In this document: one piece after another, positions 12,286 through 24,866 of the stretch | Position numbering within the stretch: the first letter of the stretch is position 1 | How the letters are laid out: every line of letters begins with the position of its first letter | Assembly (NCBI GenBank): GCA_030390025.1 | Contig: CM059432.1 | Coordinates: forward strand, 89,344,001 to 89,408,000 | Source of the DNA: Squalus acanthias | Taxonomy: Eukaryota | DNA: 64,000 nucleotides | Direction of reading: 5' to 3' | Program-made: the position numbers and the translations under genes | The notes under the pieces: generated by a model | The model's input: only the letters and a program-made list of their open reading frames with translations | The model's database searches: none | Told to the model about the DNA's origin: nothing

Positions 12286-14929
12286 AATAAACGCCTCCAC
12301 AAAGCAAACTTTCCATTCCAATTTTATATATCTATCCATCTCATATGACATCAAGAAATTAACTCATCACTCTGACGCATTCTCTTAGTGACTGTCTTGT
12401 GTGTGCCTTTGCCTATCCTACTGATGTCATGCAGTGCTACCCCCATGGTTGCAGCATGGCTAGTGGAAGGCTGCTGACTTTCAGTGGGGGACACTACAAA
12501 TGGCCTTGTTGGTCAACCTTGAGGAGCTGGTGGCTGGGAGTGTCAAATCGAGCAATGGTGTTTCTTCTTCTTCTTCTTCTCCTCTCTCCTCTCCCTCTTC
12601 TTGGTCACCCATTGGGTGGGCAGGCTGCATTTCTTGGGTGTGTGAAATGAGGAAGACACAAGGGTGGAGTTGTGGTGAGGGGTGGGTGGGAAAGCAAGCA
12701 TTGCATTTGAGAAGGAGGATAATGTATGACGATACCAACATCTTGTATCCTTTCTGCCCTGCTGCTGGCCAAGGGCTCAGCCATGTCCCTGCCAAGAATG
12801 ACCAGCACCATCTCCTTCAATACGGTGAAGTGAAGCTAGGAATGGGAGGTGTGCTCGTGTTTGGTACAGACTGTTGGTAGGTGAGTGATTGGGGGGAGGT
12901 CGTGCATTGTGAAGTGTGTGAGGCTGGTTGTGCAGTTGGTAGGAGATGGCTTTTGAAGATGCATTCACTGACCTTGACCACTGGTCTGAGGTCATGAAGC
13001 TTCTTGGGGCACTGGAGCCAGGTCCTGGGGGCAACACTGCTGGCAGTGACTGCCTCGGTGATGTGGCCCCACATCATTCTTTCTGGAGGGCCTTCTGGCC
13101 TCTGTGGGTAGAGGACCTCACTTGCTGTGTTGACCCCTGCACCAAGCTGGAGTGTTATATGTGAGTCCCTGGGTGCCCCTTCCCTGGCTTGTTGAATCAG
13201 TTGTGTTAGTGTTGAAGCACTTTTAGGATTTTTTTTAGATGCGGAATGGAATTCAGTTTTAAGAGCTGAAGACTCCCATTTGGGAATTATTTCTAATTTT
13301 TTTTTTCAGAAGGCAGTTGAGCTGTAAGGGATAAATGCAGCCTATTTTTATATGATTTTTATTTTTTTCATTTCAGAAGGCAGTTCCCCTTCAAGTGACG
13401 GAACTGCCTTCTGAAATGACAGCCTTGCTTTAAGAGAAGGCTGTTCTTGCTGCAATGACGCTACAGCCACATTACATTGGGGCCTCCTGCCAGGACGAAT
13501 GCCACCAGAATGGCATTGCACAGTAAGTTTAGCACTGGGCTAATGTTAATTAGCCACCAGCGCCAATTTACCGGTCCTGCCAGTGCCATAAATTTTGGCG
13601 GCCATTAACTCCAACTAGCAGTGGCAGCTGCAAGCTTTTAGTGATCTCCAATTTCTAGGCCAAAGTCTTTTGTTTTATCAGCCAAGGACAACTATAATTA
13701 CAATTGCAGAACACTAGATTACAGAGGATCTTCACAAAGCTAACTACAGTTCCACTTTCTGTAGACTGCCTGACAAGACTGGATCAAATTACACATTGCA
13801 GGGTTGTCTACAGCAGGCAGGATCAAATTACACATTCCAGACAAACTGTTGAGTGTGTCTTGACCTCCAAGGGGATCAATCAGAAATCTGGTCCAACCCA
13901 TTGGTGTTGCAAATAAACACAGCCTGTTAAGATCGAAGCCAATGGCACTTTGCTTTGTTATTAGTCACATTCTTTAAAGGCAAAGAACAACCTGTGAGCA
14001 GTCAATCTATTCTTCACACGTGTCTCAGATTTACATAAAGAGCAAAGACCTATTAACGGTACAGCTACAAATTTCGCGTCTGCACTTTTTTCATGGGTAC
14101 AGCAGTGCTAGCCACTCCCATAAACAATCGGAGCATCTGCCATTCAGGAGTGTATCCACACTGCCCCATATCTAATTATAGGATAGCCATAGCCTGAGGG
14201 TGTAACAATAATACCCTTTGTGATCTGAACGGGAAATCATCTTTCACTAAATGACTTTGCAGTTGCTTCTCCAATATTTTCAAAGGCAGTCAAGAAACAC
14301 TTGATAAGATAAGGCCAGGTACAAGTTATTAAGTGGCTTTATTTCACAGACAGAAAGTGAACATACAGAGTGACAGTCAAAGCAAATTCCACTTACTTGA
14401 CTCAATCTCACTTCTCTCCTTGAAAAATGGGGGATAAAGTAATAAACTACAGGCCCTATCCCTTTCATGGACTGATTTATTTGTTTTTGGCATTAGCTAA
14501 CGGCAGAAACTGACCTCATGCATTTTAGCTTCCAGCTCTGGGTCAACGACTTTGCCTCAACAGTACTTCCTTCAAAACCTGACTGCCTCCAATCATGGGC
14601 TTTTGTCCTTCCTTTTTGTTTGTTCTAATCCCAGGAAGTAGAAGGGCAGTATCCCTGACACCATCCCATGCAAGAACTCACCAGCAGGCCTGTCAACCAA
14701 ATCTAGTATCCTCCTCTTCCAGGAGTATATTCTCCGCAGACACCCCATGCCATGCCCACTTGAACAGAGTCAACCCTACCACAATTTGTAAAATAAGATA
14801 ATAAATTGCATGCTTAATGTCCCCAGTCACCTCACTAATAGACCTGGGATGAAACAATAGGCTTCCATTGTATCTGTTTGAAATAGGCTGTGAGCTGACA
14901 TTGCACAAACTGGCCTGTCTGCCTTTAAT

Positions 14930-17345
14930 AAAATGATACAGCACCGAAGGAGGCCATTCGGCCTGTGCTGGCTCTTTGAAAGAGCTATCCAATTAGTCCC
15001 ACACCCTGGCTCTTGCCCCATAGACTGGCAAATTTTTCCCCTTCAAGTATTTATCCAGTTCCATTTTGAAAGTTACTATTGAATCTACTTTAACCACCCT
15101 ATCAGGCAGTGCATTTCAGATCATAACAATTTGCTGCATAATTATTTTTTCCTGATGTCGCCTCTGGTTCTTTTGCCAGTTACCTTAAATCTGTGTCCTC
15201 TGGTTACTGACCCTTCTGCCAGTGGAAACAGTTTCTCCTTATTTACCCTTCGTGATTGTGAACACCTCTATCAAATCTCCCTTTAACCTTCTCTGCCCTC
15301 AGGAAAACAACCCCAGTTTATTTAGTCTCTTGACGTAACTGTAGTCGTTCATTCCTGGTACCATTCTAGTAAGTCTCCACTGCACCCTCTTTGGCCTTGA
15401 CATCTTTCCTAAAGTGTGGTGTCCAGAACTGGCCACAATACTCCAGATGGGGCTTAACCAGTGTTTTATAAAGTTTGTCATAACTTCTTTGCTTTTGTAC
15501 TCTGTGCTAAGAATCCCGTATTCCTTTTTAACAGCCTTCTCAGTTTGTCCTGCCACCTTTAAAGACTTGTGTACGTACACCCCCAGGTGTCTCTGTTCTT
15601 ACACCCTGGTTGAAATTGTGTCATTTAGTTTATAGTGCTTCTCCTCATTCTTCCTACAAAAATGAATCTGTGTTAAATTTCATCTGTCATGTGTCTGTCC
15701 ATTTGACCAGTCTATGTCCTCCTGAAGTCTGTTACTATCCTCCTCACTGTTTACTACATTTCCAAGTATTGTGTCATCTGCAAACTTTGCAATTATGCCT
15801 CCTATACCTAAGTCCAAGTCATTAATATATGTCAAAAAGAGCAGTTGTTCCAACACCGATCCCTGGGGAACATCACTGCACACTTTCCTCCAGTCTGAAA
15901 AACAACCGTTAACTACTCTCTGTTTCTGTCCCTTTGCCAATTTCGTATCCATGCAGCCACTGCCCCTTTAATCCCATGGACTTCAATCTTGTTAACAAGT
16001 CTATTATGTCTGTTATGTACTGGCCCAGAAATTCGTCCGAATACGGGAGAGTACGCATTGTGTACTCACCCATATTCAGTCCCGAAGTGCCGGTTTCCTG
16101 CATGCACTGCGCATGCGCGGGAAACCGGCACTTCCGATATTGCGAAGGGGCCGGTTCCTAAGTGAACCGCGTGCGCACTACAGGCTGTGCGCACGCAGCA
16201 CACTTAGTTTTTTTTTCAGGTTTGAACGCGAAGGTAAGTGTTGAAGATTTTACACATGAAGAAAGGAGGCGTAAGACCCCCTTTTAACAAGGTAAGTAGT
16301 TAATTAAGTATTATTTAAAAAAAATTTCAACAGGTTTATCTTTTTTAGAGACTTTAAAGAAAGGTAAGTTTATTTTTATAACTTTTAAAAAGAATTTAAA
16401 TTTTTTCAAAAATTTAAATTTTTGTTTAAAGTGGTTAATTTATTTAACTATGGTTATTTTATTAATGTGATGTTTTTTAAATTTAATTGAGGTTTAGCTA
16501 TTCTTTTGGGGGCAATTTGTATTCATAGTTTTAACAGCTCTTCCTGTCAAAACTATGAATGAAAGATGGTGTGCTGCCATTGGCTCTAACTGGCCCACGT
16601 GATCCCAGAGGTTGCATCGAACTAACTGCGCCTCTGAGACACGCACACACTGTGCACCGGCACCAGGGAGAGGCCCAGGAACTGAAGTTCGTGTGGGCCA
16701 AAACCATAAAGGCAGGCGCGGAGTGCGATATCGCGGGGGATCCTTACCCCCGCGGCAACCATCGAAGTCCAATTTCTGGGCCCTAGTTTATCAAAAGCCT
16801 TTTGAAAGTCCATATGTACAACATCAACTGGACTACCCTCATCAACCCTCTCCGTAACTTTATCAAAGAACTTTAGTCAAACACAATTTGCCTTTAACAA
16901 ATCTGTACTGGCTTTCATTTATTAACCCATATTTTCCAAGTGCTAATTAATTTTGTCCCAGATTATTGTCTCTAAAAGTTTCCCCACCACCAATGTTAGG
17001 CTGACTGGTCTGCAGTTTCCGGGTTTATCCCTCTCCCCTTTTTTGAACAGGGATGCAACATTTGCAATCCTCCAGTCCTCTGGTACCACTCCTATATCTA
17101 TAAGGATTGGAAGATTGTGGACAGAGCCTCTGCAATTTCCAACCATACTTCCCTCAGCAACCTAGGATGCATCCCATCCGGACCGTGACTTTTCTACTTT
17201 GAGTGCTGCCAAACTTTTGAGTATCTCCTCTTTATCTATTTTTATCCCACCCAATTTCTCTATTACCTCCTCCTTTACTGTGACATTAGCAGCATTCTAA
17301 TATTTAGTGAAGACAGATGCAATGTATTAATTTAGTACTTCAATG
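14930..17345 (-). mobile_element. Degraded 5'-truncated CR1, split by a MITE at 16022-16782
   Basis: VPEDWRIANV, DFQKAFDK, VPQGSVL and FADDT fragments; CR1 3' tail at ~14935-14970. Confidence 0.88.
16022..16782. mobile_element. Harbinger-type MITE, family A copy 1 (761 bp)
   Basis: TIRs GGCCCAGAAATT...AATTTCTGGGCC; interrupts the CR1 RT just after DFQKAFDK; highly similar to 22160-22903. Confidence 0.9.
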
Positions 17346-17496
17346 TCTGCAGCCTGAGATCTTTATTCAAACCCATGCAAATTCATTTGTTTTAACACAC
17401 AACACTTCAACATAACTTAAACAGAACATCTGGAAGCTGTGACATCCCAGGAGATTTCTGTGGCATTAATAGCTTCTAAAGGCAATAGTGACTTCC

Positions 17497-19395
17497 ATAG
17501 AATCATAGAAATTTACCGCACAGAAGGAGGCCATTCGGCCCATTGTGTCTGTGCCGGCCGAAAAAGAGCTATCTAGCCTAATCCCACTTTCCAGCTCTTG
17601 GTTGGTAGTCTTGTAGGTTATGGCACTTTAAGTGCATATCCAAGTACTTTTTAAATGTGATGAGGGTTTCTGCCTCTACCACCCTTTCAGGCAGTGAGTT
17701 CCAGACCCCCATCACCCTCTGGGTGAATAAAGTTCCCCTCAACTCCCCTCTAATCCTTCCACCAATTACTTTAAATCTATGCCCCCTGGTTGTTGACCTC
17801 TCTGCTAAGGGAAATAGGTCCTTACTATCCACTCTATCTAGGCCCCTCATAATTTTATACACCTCAATCAAGTCTCCTCTCAGCTTCCTCTGTTGCAATG
17901 AAAACAACCCCAATCTTTCCTCATAGCTAAAATTCTCCAGTCCTGGCAACATCCTCGTAAATCTCCTCTGTACACTCTTTACTGCAATCACATCTTTCCT
18001 GTAATGTGGTGATCAGAACTGTACACAGCTGTGGCCTAGCTCGTGTTTTATACAGTTCAAGCATAACCTCTCTGCTCTTAGTTTCTATGCTTCGGCTAAT
18101 AAAGGAAATTATCCTGTATGCCTTCTTAACCACCTTATCTACCTGTCCTGCTACTTTCAGGGATCTGTGGACATGCACTCCAAGGTCCCTCTGTTCCTCC
18201 ACACTTCTCAGTATCATACCATTAATTGTGTATTCTCTCGCCTTGTTAGCCCTCCCCAAATGCATTACCTCGCACTTCTCCGGATTGAATTCCATTTGTC
18301 ACTTTTCTGCCCACCTGACCAGTTGATATCTTCCTGCAGTCTACAGCTTTCTTCCTCACTATCAACCACACAGCCAATTTTTGTATCATCTGCAAACTTC
18401 TTAATCATGCAACCTACATTGAAGTCTAAATCATTGATGTATACCACAAAAAGCAAGGGTCCCAGTACTGAGCCCTGTGGAACCCCACTGGAAACAGCCT
18501 TCCAGTCACAAAAACACCCATCGGCCATTACCCTTTGCTTCCTGCCACTGCGCCAATTTTGGATCCAACTTGCCACTTTCCCTTGGATTCCCATGGGCTT
18601 TTTCTTTTCTGACCAGTCTGCCATGTGGGACCTTGTCAAAAGCCTTGTTAAAATCCATGTAGACTACATCAAATGCACTATCGTTTTCAACCTTCCTTGT
18701 TACCTCCTCAAAAAATTCAAACAAGTTAGTCAGATACGACCTTCCCTTAACAAATCCATGCTGACTGTCTTTGATTAATCCATTCCTTTCAAATGATGAT
18801 TAATACTGTCCCTCAGAATTTTTTCCAATAATTTGCCCACCACCGAGGTTAGGCTGACTGGCCTGTAATTACTCGGTCTATCCCTTTCTTCCATTTTAAA
18901 CAATGGTATAATGTTAGCAGTCCTCCAGTCCTCCGGCACCACACCTGTAGCCAGAGAGGATTGGAAAATGATGGTCAGAGCCTCCGCTATTTCCTCCCTG
19001 GCTTCTCTTAACAGCCTGGGATACATTTCATCCGGGCCTGATGATTTATCTACCTTAATACTTCCTCTCTCACAATGTTTATCTCATCTAATATTTCACA
19101 CTCCTCCTCCTTAACTACAATGTCTGCATCGTCCCTCTCTTTTGTGAAGACAGACGTAACGTATTCATTCAGAACTATACCCACGTCGTCCGTCTCCACA
19201 CAAGCTTCCTTTTTGGTCTCTAATAGGCCCTACTCTTACTTTAGTTATCCTCTTGCTCTTTATGTATTTGTAAAACATCTTTGGGTTTTCCTTGATTTTA
19301 TTTGCCAATATTTTTTCATGTCCTCTCTTTGCTTTCCTAATTTCCTTTTTAATTTCACCCCTGCACTTTCTACACTCCTCTAGGCTTTCTGCAGT
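17497..19395 (-). mobile_element. Degraded 5'-truncated CR1
   Basis: RT fragments (NYRPVSLT, MDFNKAFDKVPH, GVPQGSVLGP, FADD) and a 3' tail with catagaat repeats at ~17497. Confidence 0.9.
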
Positions 19396-20209
19396 GGCAA
19401 CTAAGAGTGCTGCCAGAGATGCTTTGAACAGAACACTTTCACAGGGCTTCCAAAACTTTGTTGGTACTATTCAGTCTGTACTGACACTGATCAGTAACTC
19501 CTCTGAGCCTGTGCCCAGCAACACTTAGCTGCAAGGAGTGGATACCGATGTCACTGGCTTTCTAGAGAGTAATATTGAGCATCCCTGAGGGCACTTCAGA
19601 CATGGGCCTGGCACCCCTGCCACTGTGTGAGAAAGGATGCCAGATGTTGGTCCATCTGGGACAGCTCCTTCTCCTAGATGTGAGTCAACTAAGGCCACTG
19701 CAGCTCCAAAGGAGCCCCAGACATCCACTGATCAATTTTGTGTCACTCAGGGAACACATTGTAGGAGTTGTGCATGAGGAGCATTATCAAGTAGGGTAGT
19801 TGGCACAGAGGTAGACACAACGTTAAAAAGCACTTGTAGATAGTGTGATTGGAATGTGATGTTCTGTAAACATAGCTTATGCAAATACATTTCTGAGTTA
19901 ATTTCTGCATATTCATTCTGTTTTTAGGTATTTGGATAATAGCAGGGGAAATGTAGACATTTGCCTTATGAAGGAACTTGGCAGAAGTCTTTGCAAGCAA
20001 GGGACTTTATGAGGGTGGGGTGGAGAACAGGCAGGTGTGAAGTGGCTTGATTTGGTGAGTCAACCTTTATTTATTGGAGGCACTGGGCTATCAGTTGTGC
20101 TTTTCTTTCTGCAGCCGATAGCTGTTCTGTCCCACATCGTCTCCTTCCTGTGCACACTCTTCAAGCAATGGGGAGGGAGATACTTTCACTCCCCTCTTCA
20201 TCATCATTG

Positions 20210-20930
20210 TTTTCAGCTTCCAGAAGTGACAAGCCTTTCTTCATTGTGATATTATGCAGATTCAGCAAACTACATTGATTCTTGAGACTCTTGCAGGGCT
20301 CCACCTGATTTATTCAGGCAGCTGAAACAGGTCTTCAGAATTCTAGACACTTCTTGTAGAGGCATGTGTGTCATTGTATCTGCTGTCTCCTTCTGTCTGC
20401 AGATGCCTTACTGCAGTCATCAGCCATGGTGAAAGCATCATGGCAGATGCCTCGGAATCTGGCACTGGTGTGCAGGATAAAGTGCTTGGCATCACACATT
20501 AACTGGACATTAATCGAATGAAAGCCTTTTCTATTCATAAAATTCAGGGGATTATCATATGGGGCTTTTAATTCCAATATGTTCCATCAATTAGTCCTTG
20601 CACCATTTGGAACTTTGCCAGTCTGTAGCTCTGGATAGCTCGCTCTTTGTCTGCTTCCATTGGGAAGGATATGAATTGAGAAGTCCTTTTGAATAGAGCA
20701 TCAGTTATCTTATTGATACAATGGTGAGCAGCTACCTGACTAATGTGGAAAAAGTCAACTGATGCTGCCTGGAAGGATCCAGACACAAAGAAATTAATGG
20801 CAGTGATGACCTTGACTGGTACAGACAATATGGTTGTCCTGATGGAAGTGAGCTGCAGATCTTCAGCCAACTGTTGACATATTTTCTCAATAACCTCCAG
20901 GGGTAAGTGCCGCCATCTGAGGTTCTGACA
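20210..20930 (-). pseudogene. Harbinger (HARBI1-like, DDE_Tnp_4) transposase remnant; element probably spans ~19400-21185
   Basis: VKVITAINFFVSGSFQ, VQGLIDGT, NRKGFHSINVQLMCD and HDAF motifs in frameshifted ORFs 20568-20870 and 20371-20577. Confidence 0.85.
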
Positions 20931-22159
20931 GTTAAAGCCTGTGAGGCCTGACTCTAAGAGCTTTTAATATAGCCCATTCCATATCGTCCTCCTCCAATAT
21001 AAAAATAGAGAAATTCCCATTGAGAATGCAAATCAATGCAAATCAGTCCTGTGAGCAGAGCTGATTGAAACTAGCAGCAAAGGTTCTGACTGAACATTCA
21101 AAGTACTAATAGGTTCAATATGCAGGCAAAGTACCACCAATCTCAGCACACAAAACGGCCTCCCAAATTTTGGCATCGCCCTCAGGGATTTAAATGAATA
21201 TTTTGCATCTGTGTTCACTATGGAGAAGGACGATGTAGGCATAGAAATCAGACAGGGGGATTGTGATATATTTGAACAAATTAGTATTGAGAGGGAGGAG
21301 GTACTAGCGGTTTTAGCGGGCTTAAAAGTGGATAAATCCCCAGGCCCAGACGAGATGTATCCCAGGCTGCTGTGTGAGGCAAGGGAGGAGATTGCAGGGG
21401 CTCTGACACAAATTTTCAGAACCTCTCTGGCAACAGGGGAGGTGCCAGAGGACTGGAGAACAGCTAACATAGTACCATTGTTCAACAGGGGTAGTAGGGA
21501 TAAACCAGGGAATTACAGGCCAGTGAGCCTAACATCAGTGGTAGGGAAATTAGTGGGAAAAATTCTGAGGGACAGAATTAGTCTCCACTTGGAGAGGCAG
21601 GGATTAATCAAGGATAGTCAGCATGGCTTTGTCAGGGGGAGATCATGTCTGACCAATTTGATTGAACTTTTCGAGGGGGTGACTAGGTGTGTGGATGAGG
21701 GTAGTGCAGTTGATGTGGTCTACATGGACTTCAGTAAGGCTTTTGACAAAGTCCCGCATGAGAGACTGGTCAAGAAGGTAAGAGCCCATGGGATCCAGGG
21801 CAACTTGGCATATTGGATCCAAAATTGGCTTAGTGGCAGGAGGCAGAGGGTGATGGTCGAATGTTGTTTTTGTGACTGGAAGCCTGTGTCCAGTGGTGTA
21901 CCGCAGGGATCGGTGCTGGGTCCTTTGCTGTTTGTAGTGTACATTAATGATTTAGATATGAATGTAGGAGGTATGATCAGTAAGTTTGCAGATGACACGA
22001 AAATTGGTGGGGTGGTAAATAGCGAGGAGGGAAGCCTCAAGCTACAGGACGATATAGACGGTTGGTCAGATGGGCAGATCAGTGGCAAATGGAATTTAAC
22101 CCTGAAAAGTGTGAGGTGATGCATTTTGGGAGGACTAACAAGGCAAGGGAATACACAAT

Positions 22160-22903
22160 GGCCCGAAAATTAGACCTAATACGCGAGAGTACGCACTGTG
22201 TACTCTCGCGTTTTAGGTCTCCAATTGCCGGTTTCCAGCATGCACTGCACATGCGCGGGAAACCGGCACTTCGTGAACTCAAAAGGGGGCGGTTCCTAAG
22301 TGAACCGCGTGTGCGCTACAGGCTGCGCGCACGCAGTGCACTTAGTGCTTTGAACGCGCAGGTAAGCATGGAAGATTTTGCACATAAAGAAAGGAGGCGT
22401 AAGACCCTCTTTTAACAAGGTAAGTAGTTAATTAAGTATTATTTTACATTTTTTTCAACAGGTTTATCTTTTTTAGAGACTTTAAAGAAAGGTAAGTTTA
22501 TTTTTATAACTTTTAAAAAGATTTTAAATTTTTTCAAAAATTTAATTTTTTGTTTAAAGTGGTTAATTTATTTAACTATACTTATTTTATTAATGTGATG
22601 GCTTTTTTTTTAAATTTAATTGAGGTTTAGCTGTTCTTTTGGGGGGGTATAGATTCATAGCTTTGACAGGTCTTCCTGTCAAAACTATGAATGAAAGATG
22701 GTGTGCTGCCATTGGCTCTAACTGAATCACGTGATCCCAGAGCTCGCACGAACTAACTGCGTCTCTGGCTCACGCAAGCACTGCACAGCTGCAGCCTTGA
22801 AACTAAAGTTCGTGTGAGCCCGGAGGGAAAAGGTAGGCGCGCAGTGAGATATCGCGGGGAAGCCTTACCCCCGCAGGAACGCTCCGTGTTTAATTTCTGG
22901 GCC
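22160..22903. mobile_element. Harbinger-type MITE, family A copy 2 (744 bp), 3-bp TSD AAT
   Basis: TIRs GGCCCGAAAATTA / TAATTTCTGGGCC; AAT at 22157-22159 and 22904-22906. The empty site ATACAC-AAT-GAATGG is present in the sister CR1 at ~59531-59545. Confidence 0.95.
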
Positions 22904-23054
22904 AATGAATGGTAGGATCCTAGGAAGGACAGAGGATCAGAGGGACCTTGATGTGGATGTACATAGATCCCTGAAGGCAGCAGGACAGGTAGCTAAGGTG
23001 GTTAAAAAGGTATATGGGATACTTGCCTTCATTAGCCGAGGCATAGAATATAAG

Positions 23055-23270
23055 TCATGATGCGGAGATGCCGGTGTTGGACTGGGGTGGACAAAATTGA
23101 GAGGTCGCACAACACCAGGTTATAGTCCAACAGTTTTATTTGAAATCACAAGCTTTCGGAGCTATCGATTGCTCCTTCCTTCACCTGAGGAAGGAGCAAT
23201 CGATAGCTCTGAAAGCTTGTGATTTCAAATAAAACTGTTGGACTATAACCTGGTGTTGTGCGACCTCTCA
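23055..23270. mobile_element. Fold-back Penelope-like mini-element with hammerhead motif; 12-bp TSD
   Basis: TSD ATAGAATATAAG at 23043-23054 and 23271-23282. Inverted arms 23096-23180 and 23188-23272 match at 84/85. The empty site is present in the sister CR1 at ~59676. Confidence 0.9.
23181..23222 (+). ncRNA. Minimal type I hammerhead ribozyme motif
   Basis: TCAC-CTGAGGA-A-GGAGC(aatcgata)GCTCT-GAAA-GC-TT-GTGA: helix I TCAC/GTGA, core CUGANGA...GAAA, palindromic AGCT in place of helix III, and a UH cleavage site. Confidence 0.75.
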
Positions 23271-24077
23271 ATAGAATATAAGAGCAGGGAGGTTATGATG
23301 GAGCTGTACAAAACGTTAGTTAGGCCACAGCTGGAATACTGTGTGCAGTTCTGGTTGCCACACTATAGGAAGGATGTGATTGCATTGGAGAGGGTGCAGA
23401 GGAGATTCACCAGGATGTTACCTGGGCTGCAGCGCTTCAGCTATGAAGAGAGACTGGACAGGCTGGGGTTGTTTTCCTTAGAGCAGAGAAGGCTGAGGGG
23501 GGACCTGATTGAGGTGTACAAAATTATGAGGGGCATAGATAGGGTAGATAGAAAGGACCTTTTCCCCTTAGTAGAGTGGTCAATAACCAGGGGGCATAGA
23601 TTCAAGGTAAGGAGCAGGAAGTTTAGAGGGGATTTGAAGAAAAACTTTTTCACCCAGAGGGTGGTTGGAATCTGAACTCACTGCCTGAAAGGGTGGTAGA
23701 GGCAGGAACCCTCACAACATTCAAGAAGCATTTAGATGAGCACCTGAAACGCCATAGCATAAAAGGCTACGGACCAAGTGCTGGAAAATGGGATTAGAAT
23801 AGACAGGGCTTGATGGCCGGTGCGGACATGATGGGCTGAAGGGCCTCTTTCTGTGCTGTATAACTCTATCTATGACTCTATGACCTTCCTGCAGCTCTTA
23901 CCACCACTTATAAAGTGATGGTAATTGTTTGGGGCAGATAATGGGTACAATGGATCGATGGAATTAGCTACACCCCATTTACATAAGGCAGATTGGGCTC
24001 CTGATGGGTCTTGAAGGGGACTAATGTTTTTTTTGGTGGGTTAACTCAGGTGCAAGCTTTCAGCAGTGAATTTGATT

Positions 24078-24474
24078 TGAGCACAAAAAATCTAGGCTAG
24101 CACTCCAGCGCAGTACTGAGGGAGTGCTGCACTGTCAGAGGTGCCACCTTTCGGATGAGACGTTAAACCAAGACCCGTCTGCTCTCTAAGGTGGACGTAA
24201 AAGATCCCATGGCACAATATCAAAGAAGAGCAGGGGAGTTATCCCCGGTGTCCTGGTCAATATTTATCACTCAGTCAACACCACTAAAACAGATTATCTG
24301 GTTATTATCACATTGCTGTTTATGGGAGCTTGCTGTGTGCAAATTGGCTGCTGCGTTTCCTACATTACAACAGTGACTACACTTCAAAAAGTACTTCATC
24401 GGCTGCAAAGCGCTTTGGGGCATCCTGAAGTTGTGAAAGCCACTACGTAAATGCAAGTCTTTCTTTCTTTCTTT
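24078..24474 (+). mobile_element. Deu-domain SINE (SacSINE1/AmnSINE1-like) with L2-type 3' tail; head truncated
   Basis: Deu-like core 'cagtactgagggagtgctgcactgtcagaggtgcc...tttcggatgagacgttaaacc...gtaaaagatcccatggcac' recognised from memory; tail 'gtaaatgcaagtctttctttctttc'. Confidence 0.8.
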
Positions 24475-24866
24475 GAAGCAGTAGCCTCTAAGATCTCATT
24501 TTATTCTGTTTACCACCCCAGAGCACACATAAAGACATTGATGAGGAATTGTGCATCCAGAGACTGCGCTTCAGCAAGGATGCCCTGGATGATCAGTGCC
24601 ACCTTCTGGACCCAGATCTACAGCCCAAATCCAATGCATACTCGGTGCATAGCTCTCAGTTTGTATACTAATGGCTCCTTCCAGACTTCAGTATGCAATA
24701 TTAGCCAGTGTGGTGTTTAATTTCTGCCTTTGCCAAGTCATGGGTAAACTCTTTTGCAATGCTGGGTTCTTTACTAATTTCTGCACTGTCCTCACTATAT
24801 ATTAGCCCCACTCCCAGTGCCTATGCAATAAATCGCAGCCCTTAGGGTGCAACCTTCAGACGTAAA

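Larger units (their letters stand above)
6976..13661. mobile_element. Decayed PIF/Harbinger transposon interrupted by nested LINEs
   Basis: Imperfect TIRs GGCCAGGAAATT (6976) and AATTTCTAGGCC (13650-13661). Myb/SANT-like exon on the minus strand (VAPRTWLQCPKKLHDLRPVVK, 12970-13080) and an acidic transposase-tail-like tract on the plus strand at 7550-7620. No clean TSD. Confidence 0.6.
21189..23884 (+). mobile_element. Young 5'-truncated CR1 (RT to 3' tail) with two nested insertions
   Basis: RT ORF 21211-22119; near-identical to 58570-60280; ends in ctatga repeats. Confidence 0.95.

Noticed and set aside
14600..14800. Possible minus-strand coding exon (AWHGVSAENILLEEED)
   Set aside because: No recognisable domain, and splice signals are weak.
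23055..23270. Fold-back element as a DNA-transposon MITE
   Set aside because: The inverted repeat is not terminal (one side has a ~40-nt tail), TSDs are long and variable (12-13 bp), and there is a hammerhead core with AATAAA. All of this favours a retroelement.
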